A stretch of DNA of 63,795 nt, the filler included, from Octopus bimaculoides (lineage: Eukaryota), in NCBI RefSeq assembly GCF_001194135.2. It is 8 parts of 8 records of this genome, joined end to end, with 100 filler letters (N's around TTAATTAATTAA, not from the genome) between each part and the next. Parts side by side here need not be neighbours in the genome. Positions count along the whole stretch, not along the records: positions 16,482 to 40,617 come from NC_068992.1; positions 40,718 to 47,570 come from NC_068993.1; positions 47,671 to 57,753 come from NC_068984.1; 5 more parts are not named here. One strand, 5' to 3'. Under the pieces are notes generated by a model. The model worked only from the letters and a program-made list of their open reading frames with translations. It was not told the DNA's origin and did no database searches. A program made the translations under genes and the position numbers. Below are positions 38,900 through 51,911 of this stretch, piece after piece (the first letter of the stretch is position 1; each line of letters opens with the position of its first letter).

Positions 38900-39890
38900 T
38901 ACAAAAATATTACATTGACTGCAGCGATACACAGTAGTTCTTGGTCCGTCATCAACGTAAGAGGCTACCTCTTGGAACCATTTCATATCGCATGTTCGTT
39001 CGATCTGTTTAGGTTGTCATGTCTCCTCTATTCTATACGTACTGGTGAAGGCGCAATGGCCCAGTGGTTAGGGCAGCGGACTCGCCGCTTCGATTCCCAG
39101 ACCGGGCGTTGTGAGTGTTTATTGAGCGAAAACACCTAAAGCTCCACGAGGCTCCGGCAGGGGATGGTGGTGAACCCTGCTGTACTCCTTCACCACAACT
39201 TTCTCTCACTCTTTCTTCCTGTTTCTGTTGTACCTGTATTTCAAAGGGCCAGCCTTGCCACACTCTGTGTCATGCTGAATCTCCCCCGAGAACTACGCTA
39301 GAGGTACACGTGTCTCTGGGTTGCTCAGCCACTTGCACGGTAATTTCACGAGCAAGCTGTTCCGTTGATAGTATCAACTAGAACTCTCGTCGTCGTAACC
39401 GACGGAGTGCCAACCATACGTACTGGTGTTCGAGCCTTTGCTATGAAAGCTAGAACTCTTGTGATGCATCTCTTTCGAACTGGGGTGCAGGAGAGTTACG
39501 TCGGCATTTGCGGATGATATCACGGCAGTAATGTCAGACACCATAGAAGTTCAGGTAATCGATTCCATTCTAAAGGAATACGAGTGAGGAGTATAGATAA
39601 ATTCGAAGAAATTGGAGGTCTTGCGGCTCGGCACCTACACAGGCAAGTCTGTGCCATCGAACAATATAAAATGTCGATGAACAGACGAACCGGTAAAAGT
39701 GCTCGTGGTGTGACTTGGTGTGGATTGCCAGGTGAGCAGCTTTTAAAACTTGTTGAGGCCAAAGTTCATGCAATCAGTGTACCACTTCTCCCTGTCAATA
39801 TTTTGACTGGCTCGGCTCATTGGATAACAAGACATTTGGTGCTTCCGGAAAGGGAAAGCGATTCGAAGCTGTAGTGAAGAAGGACTAGAA
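38900..39890 (+). mobile_element. L1/Tx1-clade LINE RT remnant interrupted by a SINE
   Basis: VINVRGYLLEPFHIA...GCHVSSILYVL [SINE] VFEPLL...SAFADDITAVMSD...LRLGTYTGKSVPSN...TDEPVKVL. Confidence 0.8.
39048..39415 (+). mobile_element. tRNA-derived SINE, family A, with 13-bp TSD
   Basis: ATACGTACTGGTG at 39035-39047 and 39416-39428. Confidence 0.92.
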
Positions 39891-40330
39891 ATATTGCTTT
39901 CATAGTTTGATGCAAGGCCAGCAATTTCAGAAAAGGGAGTAAATCGATTACATCGAATCAGTGCTCAAACGGTACTTATTTTATCGATCCTGAAGGAATG
40001 AAAGGCAAAGTCGACCTCGGCGGGATTTGAATTCAGAAAGTAAGGAAAGACGATATACAACTAAGCATTTTGCCCGGTGTGCTAACGATTCTTCCAACTA
40101 GCACAGCCTTAGAAGAATTATAAGTATAGGTTTCGAATTTTAGCACAAGGTCAGTAATTCTGGAAAAGCATGGAGGTCGATTACATCGACTTCAGTGTTT
40201 TATTGACTCGAAAAGGATGAATGGCAAATTCGACTTCGGTGGAATATGAAGTCAGAACATAAGGATTGACGAAATGCCTTAAGCACTTTTCCTAGCGTGC
40301 TAACGGTTTTGCCAGCTCGTCGACTTAAGA
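39890..40330 (-). mobile_element. Two tandem SINE family C copies
   Basis: The core CAAGG...ATCGA...GGATGAA.GGCAAA.TCGAC.TCGG...GTGCTAACG occurs twice (about 39910-40100 and 40135-40325). Confidence 0.75.
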
Positions 40331-41078
40331 ACTAGAAATATTCATCTGGATTGAGTAACTTAAGCAATTTGGAAGTGATTGATATGTAGATACTGAATAC
40401 CGAATGGAAAAGTGAAACTATAACATAGCTGTGTATTCAAAATATGCATGCAGCAAAAACTGTCTCTCATGAACACAAACTTATATCGATGTATACTTAT
40501 GCATATAATTTTTATGTATTTTTCTATGCATTTATTTATGTATGTATGTATGTATGTATGTATGTATGTATATATGTATCTATCTATCTATATGTATATA
40601 TATATATACTTATATAGNNNNNNNNNNNNNNNNNNNNNNNNNNNNNNNNNNNNNNNNNNNNTTAATTAATTAANNNNNNNNNNNNNNNNNNNNNNNNNNN
40701 NNNNNNNNNNNNNNNNNGTGTGTGTGTGTGTGTGTGTGTGAGTCTGTTGAGATGTTTGGAAGAATAACATGTAATAACCTAACGATATGTCTTTTTTTTT
40801 ACTCTTCTGACGAGATTTCGCCCAATAAGATGTTTTAATTACTGGGATTTAATTCTTTTGGAAAAAATCGAAACAGCTGTAAGTGAACATGTTGAATGTT
40901 TGCAGAAATAACTGTAAGCTAACGTAGTTCATGACATATTCTCTTATTCCCTTGTCATTTTAATTTCTTTTTACTGCTCTGTACTCGACTAACGTTTTCT
41001 TCTGAAGCAAACGTATATTGAGTTGGAACACCAGCTTCTCTCGCTATGCCTAAACGAAATAGTACATACATACATACG

Positions 41079-41143
<65 letters not shown>

Positions 41144-41153
41144 NNNNNNNNNN

Positions 41154-41191
<38 letters not shown>

Positions 41192-41588
41192 CATGCATCC
41201 ATATATACAGACGTTGGTCCACTCAGAAAATACTTCATCAAACGATTAGCGCCATTTTCCTGTATGATTCTGTTTTCCTATCTTGTGTTCTTTTGTCCAA
41301 TGTCGGCATTTGGATAATTCTTTAATCTCATACGTGGCACCACGTCGTTAGTTCGTTTCGATTCTTTTGTCATTGAAGAAAAAAAAACAGACAAAAGAAA
41401 AAAAGAAAAAGAAAAAGACAGAAAAAGAAACGATAAAGAGATAACGTGTTATTCGACCAAACGAAATTGGAATGAAAACGGTGGAACGAAAAAGCGAAGA
41501 AAATTAAGAAAAATAATATTAAAAGTAGTAACTAAAGAAAAAATGGAAAATCAAAGTCCTCATCATCCCGGCCAAAAATGAATAAATA

Positions 41589-41627
<39 letters not shown>

Positions 41628-42866
41628 CATATACACACACTCATATGTATGTGTATGTACGTACGTATGTACGCATATATATATATATATATAAATATAT
41701 ATNNNNNNNNNNNNNNNNNNNNNNNNNNNNNNNNNNNNNNNNNNNNNNNNNNNNNNNNNNNNNNNNNNNNNNNNNNNNNNNNNNNNNNNNNNNNNNNNNN
41801 NNNNNNNNNNNNNNNNNNNNNNNNNNNNNNNNNNNNNNNNNNNNNNNNNNNNNNNNNNNNNNNNNNNNNNNNNNNNNNNNNNNNNNNNNNNNNNNNNNNN
41901 NNNNNNNNNNNNNNNNNNNNNNNATATATGAATATACATATATACGAATACATACATGCATGTGTAAATATATATCCTCGACATATATATATATATAGGC
42001 AATAATAAAAATAACAATCATAATTATATTATTTGTCTAAGCGAAATCATGGAAAATAAATAAATAAATAAATAAACAAATAAACGCAAATCAAATAAGA
42101 AAAGAAAATGCAAGGAATAAAAGAATACACGAATGAAGGAATAAACAAAGAATATATTCTCCGTTCAAAGACAAACAAATGTCTGTCTGAAAGTTTGGCA
42201 TATTTATTCTCCGTCGATCTCCGTTGTATTTTTTTATGCGTTTCTTTTGTTTTGTTTTATTAATTTTGATCTATTTCATGTATTTTTTATATTATAATTT
42301 ATTGTTGAGTGGCCGTAGGGGCGGCGGCGGCGGTGGTGGTGGTGGTGTAAGCTAGACATGAGTTTGTGCTGAAATAATAACATTCTATACGTCATTCGCT
42401 TATATCTACAGTCGTGATCATTACGCTCCGGATTTCGTGTCTCGGTCGATGCTAGCCAACTTCTCGTCAGTTTTCACGTTGTTTAATGTTGTTCTTGGGT
42501 GGAACATAGACGTACAATACATATGCGGCTAATTGGCAAAAATCGTTAAGAGTGTCGATTAGATTGCTTTGCGGTAGTCTCTTATTGAGGGCTATGAGTG
42601 CAAATCCTGGCAAGGTCAACTTTGCATTTCAAGTTTTCGAGGTCGATAAAAAAGTAAATAATATAAAAAAAAAGTATCTGTCTTGTACTTCGGGTAGATT
42701 CTTCTTTTCATTGCTTTGTCTGTGTCTCTTTCTGCCCTGGAATAAATTGACTATGGTCAGACCTAGAGAGTAATACATTCCGCCAGGTCTAACAGAGTCC
42801 TTGTTCAAGCCCCTGGAATGATATGACAAGTCATAATACTTACACATCTGCGTATATTTTCAGAAA

Positions 42867-43262
42867 GGCGCAGGAGTGACTGTGTGGTAAGTAGCTTGCT
42901 TACCAACCGGGTTCATTCCCACTGCGTGGCACCTTGGGCAAGTGTCTTCTTCTAAAGCCTTGGGTCGACCAAAACCTTGTGAGTGGATTTGGGAGACGGA
43001 AACTGAAAGAAGCCCGTCGTATATATGTATATATATATATATATGTATGTACATATGTTTGTATGTCTGTGTTTGTCCCCCCAACATCGCTTGACAACCG
43101 ATGCTGGTGTGTTTATGTCCCCGTAACTTAGCGGTTCGGCAAAAGAGACCGATAGAATAAGTACTAGGCATTCAAGTCCTGGGATCGATTTGCTCGACTA
43201 AAGGCGGTGCTCCAGCATGGCCGCAGTCATATGACTGAAACAAGTAAAAGAGTAAAAGAGTA
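42867..43262 (+). mobile_element. tRNA-derived SINE, family B, near full length
   Basis: tRNA-like head, internal (TA)/(TG) microsatellite and a tail of AAGAGTAA repeats. Confidence 0.9.
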
Positions 43263-43622
43263 TCTTAGATTTTCTTTGAGGTTTGTCAAAAACGAAATTA
43301 TCTTTTTACTCTAAAGAAATATTCTTCTGAGGAGAATGTTTCCATTCCAAATTGAAGGATTTCCTATTTTCATATTATGTTACCGACATTACTAATGGCC
43401 CTGAGAAACATATGGTATTGCCAATTACGACTTCTCTCCCTCTCTTTTTCTTTTCTTTCTTTTATCATTCTCCCTGTTGCTTTTAACTTTCATCTTTGAG
43501 TTAATATAATTAGCGCCAGTCATAAACGTGGATCAATTTTATCGTCTCTACGACTCCTGCGATCGTTCTGTCCTTCCCATGTTAGAAAAAAGAGTTCCTT
43601 GCTACATCAGGTTGACAATTAA

Positions 43623-43639
43623 CAGCGCCCCCTGCCTGG
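43623..43639 (-). promoter_or_regulatory. CTCF-like motif
   Basis: Minus strand CCAGGCAGGGGGCGCTG contains the CAGGGGGCGCT core of the CTCF consensus. The upstream 4 nt match only partly. Confidence 0.25.
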
Positions 43640-44576
43640 TGGCGACCATAACAAGAATAATGCAGATCAAGGAACTTTCGTGGGAGAAGACGAAGGTGTC
43701 TCCCTGTTACGTTTCCTTGTACTACGTTTCTCTTTTAAAAGACCTGTCTTGTCGGTTGCAGGCAATTTTGAATGAGGGAGAAAGAGACAGATTGACAAAG
43801 AGGGAAAAGAATAATCAATCGTTCACTCGTAGTATGTAATTTATACTTTATGTGCCGACAGTGAAAAAAAATGAAACAAAATTTGAAGTCTTTAAAAATT
43901 CGTTTCTTTGTAAAAAAAAAAAATAATGCACACTTCTCTTCTATGATTCTTTCAACTCTGCTTCGGCAAGTCCATTGAAAAAGAGGCTTGGTGAGGAGGT
44001 CAGAATAAAGCAGAAACATGTCTAAAGTTATCTACTGTACTTGTTAAAAAATAAATAAAAGTAATATTAGTTATTAATTAATATTTCTTCTGTTTTTCCC
44101 CACCACACAATTATTTCCAATTAGCTTTTTAATACTCGCTACCTTAATTATGTTAACACTAACTGAACTAAACAAATGACGTCTTTGAATGATATAATTT
44201 CTAAATAAGTACCATTCGAATGCTGGGGTCGATATCATCGACTGTACATATGAAGGTGATGCACCAACGTTACCACAACTAATGAGTGAAGCCAGGTAGA
44301 GAAGAGGCTAAAATATGGTACGGAGTGTAAAGTTGATTCTAGACTCTGTCTAAGACTGCAAGGTTTATCGGAAGATGCGATTCACAAAGAAACCTCCAAA
44401 ATATATTGATTTGGAGTAATATGAAGGATTGAATAGAATTTCAATATTAAGAAAAGAGCAAATGAGATCAAATATTGATTATTTTGTAATGGCATGAAGA
44501 GTTATATTTTATTGATTCTGTTTCAGCATACCCCGTATCACCCAGAGTGATGAAAAGCCTTCCTCAGATTTTGTTG

Positions 44577-44675
<99 letters not shown>

Positions 44676-44714
44676 TTATTATTATTATTATTAATAATAA
44701 TAATGATAATAAAT

Positions 44715-44900
44715 ATTCTTTCTAATTTTGGCCAAACCAGCAATTTTGAGGGGAAGGGAACTCGAGTACATTGACCTCAGTACGCAACTGGTATTCATTT
44801 TATCGATCTCAAAATGATGAAAGACAAATCTGAGCTTAAAGAGGCGGAAGAAATTCTGCTAAGCATTTTGTTCGGCGTGCCATAATAATGGTCTCTAATT
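44715..44900 (-). mobile_element. SINE family C
   Basis: CCAGCAATTTTGAGGGG...TTTTATCGATCTCAAAATGATGAAAGACAAA...GCTAAGCATTTTG. The tail abuts the (AAT)n tract at 44578-44710. Confidence 0.7.
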
Positions 44901-46908
44901 GACGGTGCAGGGTTTCGACAAAATTTGAACGCAAATTCTGGGAAAAACATTTCTTTCGGTGTTCTACCGATTCTATTAAAAAGCATGCCCTTAGAGAATC
45001 GGAAACATTGCTTTGCGATACTTCTTCCGGCATCAGACTGCACATTTCTGTTCTTATTCTGTTTTTTTTTTTCTTTTTGCGATAGAATGAAGTTCCGTTC
45101 ATGTACGAGCGGTTCTCCATCCTTGACGTAAAGAACGGAATAAAAGAAACATGTTTAAAGATATCCTTTCATTTATAGATCTCTGTCTTTAGAAATACAA
45201 AATCACATTCAACTGGTCTTTATTCTCTTCTATTCAAAGCTGGACGAAGCTGCCCAAGAGAAATAGGAATTGTTTAACAAATAACCAGTTTTGGGAGATG
45301 GTTAATCATCGGCTCTTTTGTTTTTGCTGTCACTGACTTTACAAGGAATTGTTGGCGTTTTAATTCAAAAGGAAATTCTGTAAAAATTTATAAATTTATA
45401 AGACTGGGAAATCCTGAGAATGAGTAATGACTTTCCGAGAATAATTCTTGGATTGTTGCAATAATCACTTGGTTTGACATTGAAATAAAGTAATTGTAGA
45501 AATATCCCAGGATGCACTGCGGCTATTGCGAGTCTGTCCTTGGCAACAAAACTTCATTATTGCAGTCATTTGTAGTGATTGGTTCACTGACGCGCTGAAA
45601 CGGTAATTTGTACAAATGTGCAAATATGTAAATATGTATCGAACTATTTTGTTTATTGAGTGTTGTTGTTTAGCTCTAGATTGCACCTAATCGAACAATC
45701 TTTTAATCAACGATATTCGAGCCATGATTATCTTATTTGATTTTCTGATAATCGATCTAGAACCACATTATTCAGTATCCATTTTTACGACGATGATGAG
45801 TAATTTTTTTTAGTCTGTTTCTAGTCATCAAGGCCATGCTGTAGTATCATCTGCTTCCCATTGTGGTGTGCATTGAGGAGGAGTTGACTGCTATATATGT
45901 TTATGCACATGCACGTGCTCGTCTAGAACACATTTCGATTCGTACAAAACTGACATAAATTTATGTTCAAATGTTCAATGAAAATATTTAAGGCAAATAA
46001 AACGGTTTGAAAGTTATAACTATTGTCTGTGAGATGTAAAAGACACGGAATTGAAAAGCAAGATTTATACGATATGAATTAGATAAATTAAACACCTTAT
46101 TATTCTGAGACAATGTATGGTTTCAACGAGTTATTCTTAGATTTTATTAGTTGCCCACGGAAAACTTTCATTAAAGTCCTACATGGCATGGAAAAGTTGC
46201 CAAACACAGATATGTCCTTTAACCTAACTTAGAATATCGCCACCTGAGGAAATGATAGAGAGATTCACTGAGAAATACTCTACAACAACTGGTTTCTTTG
46301 CCTTTCCTCTACCTCCGAAATGGTTTCTGTTTCTGTAAGCTAGCAACCTTAGAATTTACGTCGTACCTTTTGACCAAGTCTACCCGAAGTACCTCTCTAG
46401 TCTACTCTCGCCACACTTACTGCAACTCACCTTTTTACACTAAACATTCTAACCATTCACTCTCAGAGTTATTATTCGCTGGGTCCAGTTGAGTAAAACA
46501 AATAAAAGGATTCCATAGCCATGAAAAAAAAAAACGTTTGAGAACAAGTGCTCTAGACTTAGACTTATGCTGTTTGAGTGCTTATAATGTCCTTGTTTAT
46601 ATATATATGTAAATATATATATTATCTTTCTTTCCGAGGAATAGTTTCCTGCTTTTACCAAATCGATGCCAACTCAGAGTTCTGCAGAAATAGAAAAGTC
46701 TATTTAACACTAAATTTGATATTCATATGTCTAATTTGGTAAAAATAAAAATGAATGAATTATTGATTGACCGTTTAATTAAAGACGATAATGAAGCGGT
46801 TGTCTGTTTTGGCTACGAAACCAACTTCATTATTATACAATATGTTCGTGTATATTTGTGTATACGTGTTTGTGTGCATCCATCTTATATACACGTATAT
46901 GTATATAC

Positions 46909-46959
<51 letters not shown>

Positions 46960-47084
46960 TACACACACATATATATAAACACGCACACACATATATATTA
47001 AACTAATGCACAACCATGCATATAAAATATATATATATACATACACATATTAAACTAATACACACGCATAAACATAAAAATATG

Positions 47085-47132
<48 letters not shown>

Positions 47133-47670
47133 AGTATATACGTGTATATATATATATATGTATAGATGTGCATATATATATATATGTGTGTGTGTGTATA
47201 TATACATATACACATGCACACTTGCGCGTACACACACACACACATACGCATGGACATCCCTTCCTTCTTTTCATCCCTTTCCTTCCTATTTCTTTTCTTC
47301 CCCAACACCGTTTACGCCTCTTCATTTACTCAGGACAACAATGTTTTATGGCCAATCATTACGGTCATATTCTTTCTTTTATATGCAATCAAATTTTCTC
47401 TAGATCTCCAAATATATTTGATGCATTTCTTTAAAATACGCTTATGTGCCATCCCTGAAGATCATGCGAAGATCGGAACCGAGAAACTCGGAGCAAGAAG
47501 TGAATTTTCACATATATATATATATTTACATTTGACTATACTTACATTTATATTTGAATGTATGCATATANNNNNNNNNNNNNNNNNNNNNNNNNNNNNN
47601 NNNNNNNNNNNNNNTTAATTAATTAANNNNNNNNNNNNNNNNNNNNNNNNNNNNNNNNNNNNNNNNNNNN

Positions 47671-48757
47671 TTTGTTTAGAGATAGATAAGTCGGAAATTT
47701 GTACAGTTTTAAATATGAGTTCTTTCTTGGAGATACAGCATATTAATGGAGTACTTCATCTTAATGTTATTACACAGCAGACAGAATCAAATTGGTTTGC
47801 AAAATTTCGTTCTGGTAACTTTGACCTCACAAATGAGCAACGCGGTCGACCAGAAACAAAGGTGAATAATAACGAACTGAAAGTCACCGTCGATTCAGAT
47901 CCATCTCAAAGTGTCCGTGAATTATTGTTGTTGTTTGGTGTTAGCAAGCAAACAATATTGACTCACCTAGTTCAAATCGGTAAAGTGAAAAAGTTGGATA
48001 AGTGGGTTCCACATGAACTCAATGTATATAAGAAACTGCAACGTTTGGAAGCCTGCATTATGCTACTTTCTCGTCACAAAAATGAATCATTTTTTAATCG
48101 AATTGTAACATGTGATGAGAAATGGATTCAATACAACAAGCGTAAACGTTCAGCACAACGGTTGTACAAAGACCAGCCACTAAAACACAATCCCAAAAGC
48201 AAAATTCATCAAAAGAAGCTGATGGTATGTGTTTGGTGATCTGGCGCAGGTGTGATCCATTACGATTTCATTAAACCTGGGTCAATCACGGTCGAAGTAT
48301 ACTGCAACCAACTGGACCAAGTGAGGCAGAAACGGACAAAAAAAAAAACAGCGTAGAGTAGTCAACAGATCCACTCCTATTTTATTGCAAGACAACGCCA
48401 GACCACACATCGCAAAAATGACATTGGCGAAACTACAGGAGTTGGAGTTGGAAGTTCTTCATCATCCACCATACTCACATGATCTTGCTCCCACTGACTA
48501 CCACTTCTAGAATTTGGATAACTTTTTGATAAGAAAAAAATCTAATTCCGACGATGCTGTAAAACAGGCCTTCCATGATTTTATTGACTCTAGACTGCCA
48601 GACTTTTACAGTTCCGGGCTGGACAAGCTACCGCTGAAATGGCAAAAGTGTATTGACAATATGGGTGCATGCTTTGATGAATAAAACTATTCTTTGTATT
48701 TATAAAACATTAGCAAACTTTTTTTCTTTTCTACAAGTTTTATACTTGACGACCTAA
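47671..48757 (+). pseudogene. mariner transposase pseudogene (Hsmar1/SETMAR-like), 5' end lost in a spacer
   Basis: GRP HTH linker, WVPHEL, IVTCDEKW, LQDNARPH, HPPYSHDLAPTDY and KWQKC, with stops and frameshifts. 3' TIR TTGACGACCTAA-TA at 48746-48759. Confidence 0.92.
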
Positions 48758-49431
48758 TATTTAAACACTTCCTTTGAAAAAGGAGCTGGTTTCTAACAAA
48801 GACAAAGCTCTATCGTTGGAGTGCAGGTAGTGAAAAGTCTTGCATACCTTCGTTCTTGGTTTTTCGAACTTCTCACCAAGCGAGTGAGTACCGGTTTCTT
48901 GTCTAAAAAACAAGATTCTTTCATTGGAGTCTTGTATGTATATATGTATATATACATGTATGCATATATGTATGTATAAATATGTAGTATGCATGCGTAC
49001 ATGTATGCATGTACACATATGTGCATATACGTATGTATATGTGCTTATGCACACATAGGCGGAAACATGCTTGTCATTGCATATGTGAATCTTGTTACAT
49101 GCTGAATTTCATGAATATTTTACATTTTTTACAATATATTTGATAACTTGCTGCTGTAATCTGATTCAGTGTGTTCTTTCCATTTTGTGAATTCCAGCTT
49201 CTCAAGATCGGTACCGAGACTGTTAGCCACCATAGCCAAGAATACCAATAATTATTGCAAAAATCTAAACTTACAGTTTGGGTGGGGTACCTGCAGATTT
49301 CTCATCAGTTCGGCATTAATATCTTCTTTCTCACTAACCTTTAATATTTTATGATATTACAACTACTGTGCATAGTTCTTTTTCTCCATTTGGTATATTG
49401 TGCTTGTATTTTATGTATATATGTATATTAA

Positions 49432-51911
49432 AGTGGCCCTTATTTTTCAACTTTCTAAAAGTTTAGCTCCCCCTCCCCCATCTTGTTCCAATTAACAAAA
49501 ATACAATCTATGCAAAATTTTAGCTCAGTCGAACAACTGCAAAGTCATTTTTTCAGATAATTTTTTTTTATCTTTTATATAATTTTCTCCTAAATGAAAA
49601 ACTTGTTCAGACTTATTCTTGGTAACAGAATAAGTGACAATAAATATAACAGGGAAAGCAACTTGCAATGCTGAGGACAGAGCGCAGGTAGAGGGCAAAA
49701 ACCTATTTTTCGCCGTCATTCAGTCGGTAGCCAGCCGTGAGCGAGTGAAGTTGTGAGTTGCGTTCGTCCGTTGAAAGAATTGTACTGCACCTAATGGTAG
49801 TGTTGAGAAATAAAATATCAAGAAATATACGTTAGTGATAAACAGTGAACTAATATGACTTGTCTGCGTTTGTAAATATCAGTTAATTTTTTGTAATAAC
49901 TTGTAAGCACTCATTCATTTTGTTGTAGCGCATTATGATATAGATTTTCTCCTGTTGTGTTGGTATCCCTGACAAAGTTGTAATACCATGTTTATAACCT
50001 CTCCGTTTTTTATAATGTTATGTGCTTTGTATGCTTATTAGTAATGTCTTAAAATAAAATTTAGAGAAGCGAGACACAGAAATACAGCACAAATCTAACC
50101 TAAACGACTGTCAAGAATTAGTGTTGCACTGGGATGGAAAGCTGCTCCCAGCACTCACAGGCATTGAAAAGGTTGATAGACTGGCAATAATAGTAACTTT
50201 TCAAGGTAAGGAGAAATTGTTGAGAGTCCCTGAAATTCCAGCATCTTCAGGAGAACGGCAAGCCATGGTTGTTTACTGGAGAAGTGGGGTATAACCGACA
50301 CATTTCAGACACTTTGCTGTGATACAACAGCAAGCAACACAAGTTGAGTGAATGGTGCCAGTACAAATCTAGAAAAGTTGTTCAATCGCGACCTGTTGCA
50401 CTTTCCTTGCCGTCATCATATTTTTGAGTTAGTTTTTAGGAGCTGTTTTGACTCACTGATGGGTGAAACTTGATATGCCGTTTTTCAAAAGATTTAGAGA
50501 AATCTGGACGAAACTCAACGAGAAGGTTTATATAACGAGTAGCAATGAAGTGCCTGACGATGTCTGCTCTACCATTCTCGGATTTCTTGAATACATTTCT
50601 ACGCAGAAACAACAGCGAAGTGATTACCGAGAATTGTTGGAGTTAACGATGATCTTTCTTAGCAGTATTCCGATGAACGGGATATTGTTTCGTACACCAG
50701 GAGCTGTAAGTCATGCTAGGCGGGTGTCAAAAGCAATTTACGCATTCAAGATATACCTCTTTCAAGATCAATTTCAGTTATCTCCTGGGGAGAAGAACTC
50801 TTTAAGAAGAATATGTATTTTTCTTGCTCAAGTGTATGTTCGAGCCTGGTTTCTGTCATCAGAAGTAATTAAAGCACCTTATCATGATTTCCTAATCATG
50901 TGTCAACTGATAAATTATCAGAATATTGATCCAGAAATCAGTAAGGCTGCTGCGAAAAACTTTTCCATTCATCTCTGGTACTTAGCTCCCGAAACTGTGG
51001 TTCTATCCGTATTTGATGACAATGTTCCAATGGGGGTGAAGGCAAATATTGCTCAAGTTATACTGGTAGCAGACAAAGGTGAAGAAGAGGAAGAGGAAAA
51101 AATCAATTGAAGAGGTATATTCTGCACCAAAATGACTTTTCTTCCTTTACAAATATCGTCTTTTGTAACTCCTGGTGCAAAAACTTTCTTCACGAGATTT
51201 TCTATCAACACCGATTTCCTCGACAAAGACCCTTCAACATGAAAGGATGATCCTAGTTACAAAAGTGGACTCGAAAAACTTGAGAAGACAGTTGTTGTGA
51301 ATGATGTTGCAGAAAGAGGTATCAAGCTCATTCAGGATTACAATAACATTTTCACAAAAGATGAAACTGAGAAACAATTTGTTTTACTGATCGTTACCGA
51401 AAACCGTGAACATACCCAATCCTCTCTTATGCAAAAATAATTTTCAATATTCAGTGCTCAGTGTTCACATTATGTTTCTGATTTTATATAAATTATTGTT
51501 GTAAATAAAAATGCATTTCTCTTATAGAAGTTGTGTGCTTTATTAAGTAAACCTAATATTTCTTAAGTTTTTCATCTTATATCAGGAATTTTTCAAATTA
51601 GCTATTGATAAAATTTGATTCAGAACGTTTTTAAACATCTGCTGGGGTTTCCTGGATGTGTCCACATAAATTTCTCTAAGAAGAAAAAAGAAAATGGTGG
51701 AGAAAGGGAACACTATACCGCTTTTGAAAATAATTAATCGTTGCGTATACTATGTTCCAACTTCAAAGCGTTTGAGGGTCGCCTAGCAGTTGTCTGATTA
51801 AGCTGAAATTTTGCACACCCCGTTATTTTGTTTATTGGAACACGATTAGTCGGTGGGAGCAGCAAAATTGTAACTTTCGAAAAGTTACCTTACCTATTGC
51901 TAAGGGCCACT
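49432..51911 (+). mobile_element. DDE DNA transposon with both termini, TTAA-type TSD (Kolobok-like)
   Basis: ttaa|AGTGGCCCTTA ... TAAGGGCCACT|ctaa. Imperfect inverted arms of about 110-125 bp share GTTCCAAT.AACAAAA and TGCAAAATTT.AGCT. A decayed transposase lies inside. Confidence 0.75.
50080..51440 (+). pseudogene. Transposase pseudogene of the 49432-51911 element
   Basis: LHWDGKLLP (50127), CCDTTASNT (D at 50321), FPCRHHIFEL (CxxH, 50408) and VVNDVAERGIKLI (E at 51312), with several stops and frameshifts. Confidence 0.85.

Noticed and set aside
45511-45600. HCGYCESVLGNKTSL, a CxxC zinc-finger-like start
   Set aside because: No His pair follows, a stop comes soon after and there is no tandem finger array.
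49150-49340. Possible continuation exon of UFL1 (GTAAGT donor at about 49273)
   Set aside because: No frame resembles the expected UFL1 sequence, and the phase does not fit the 54587 donor.
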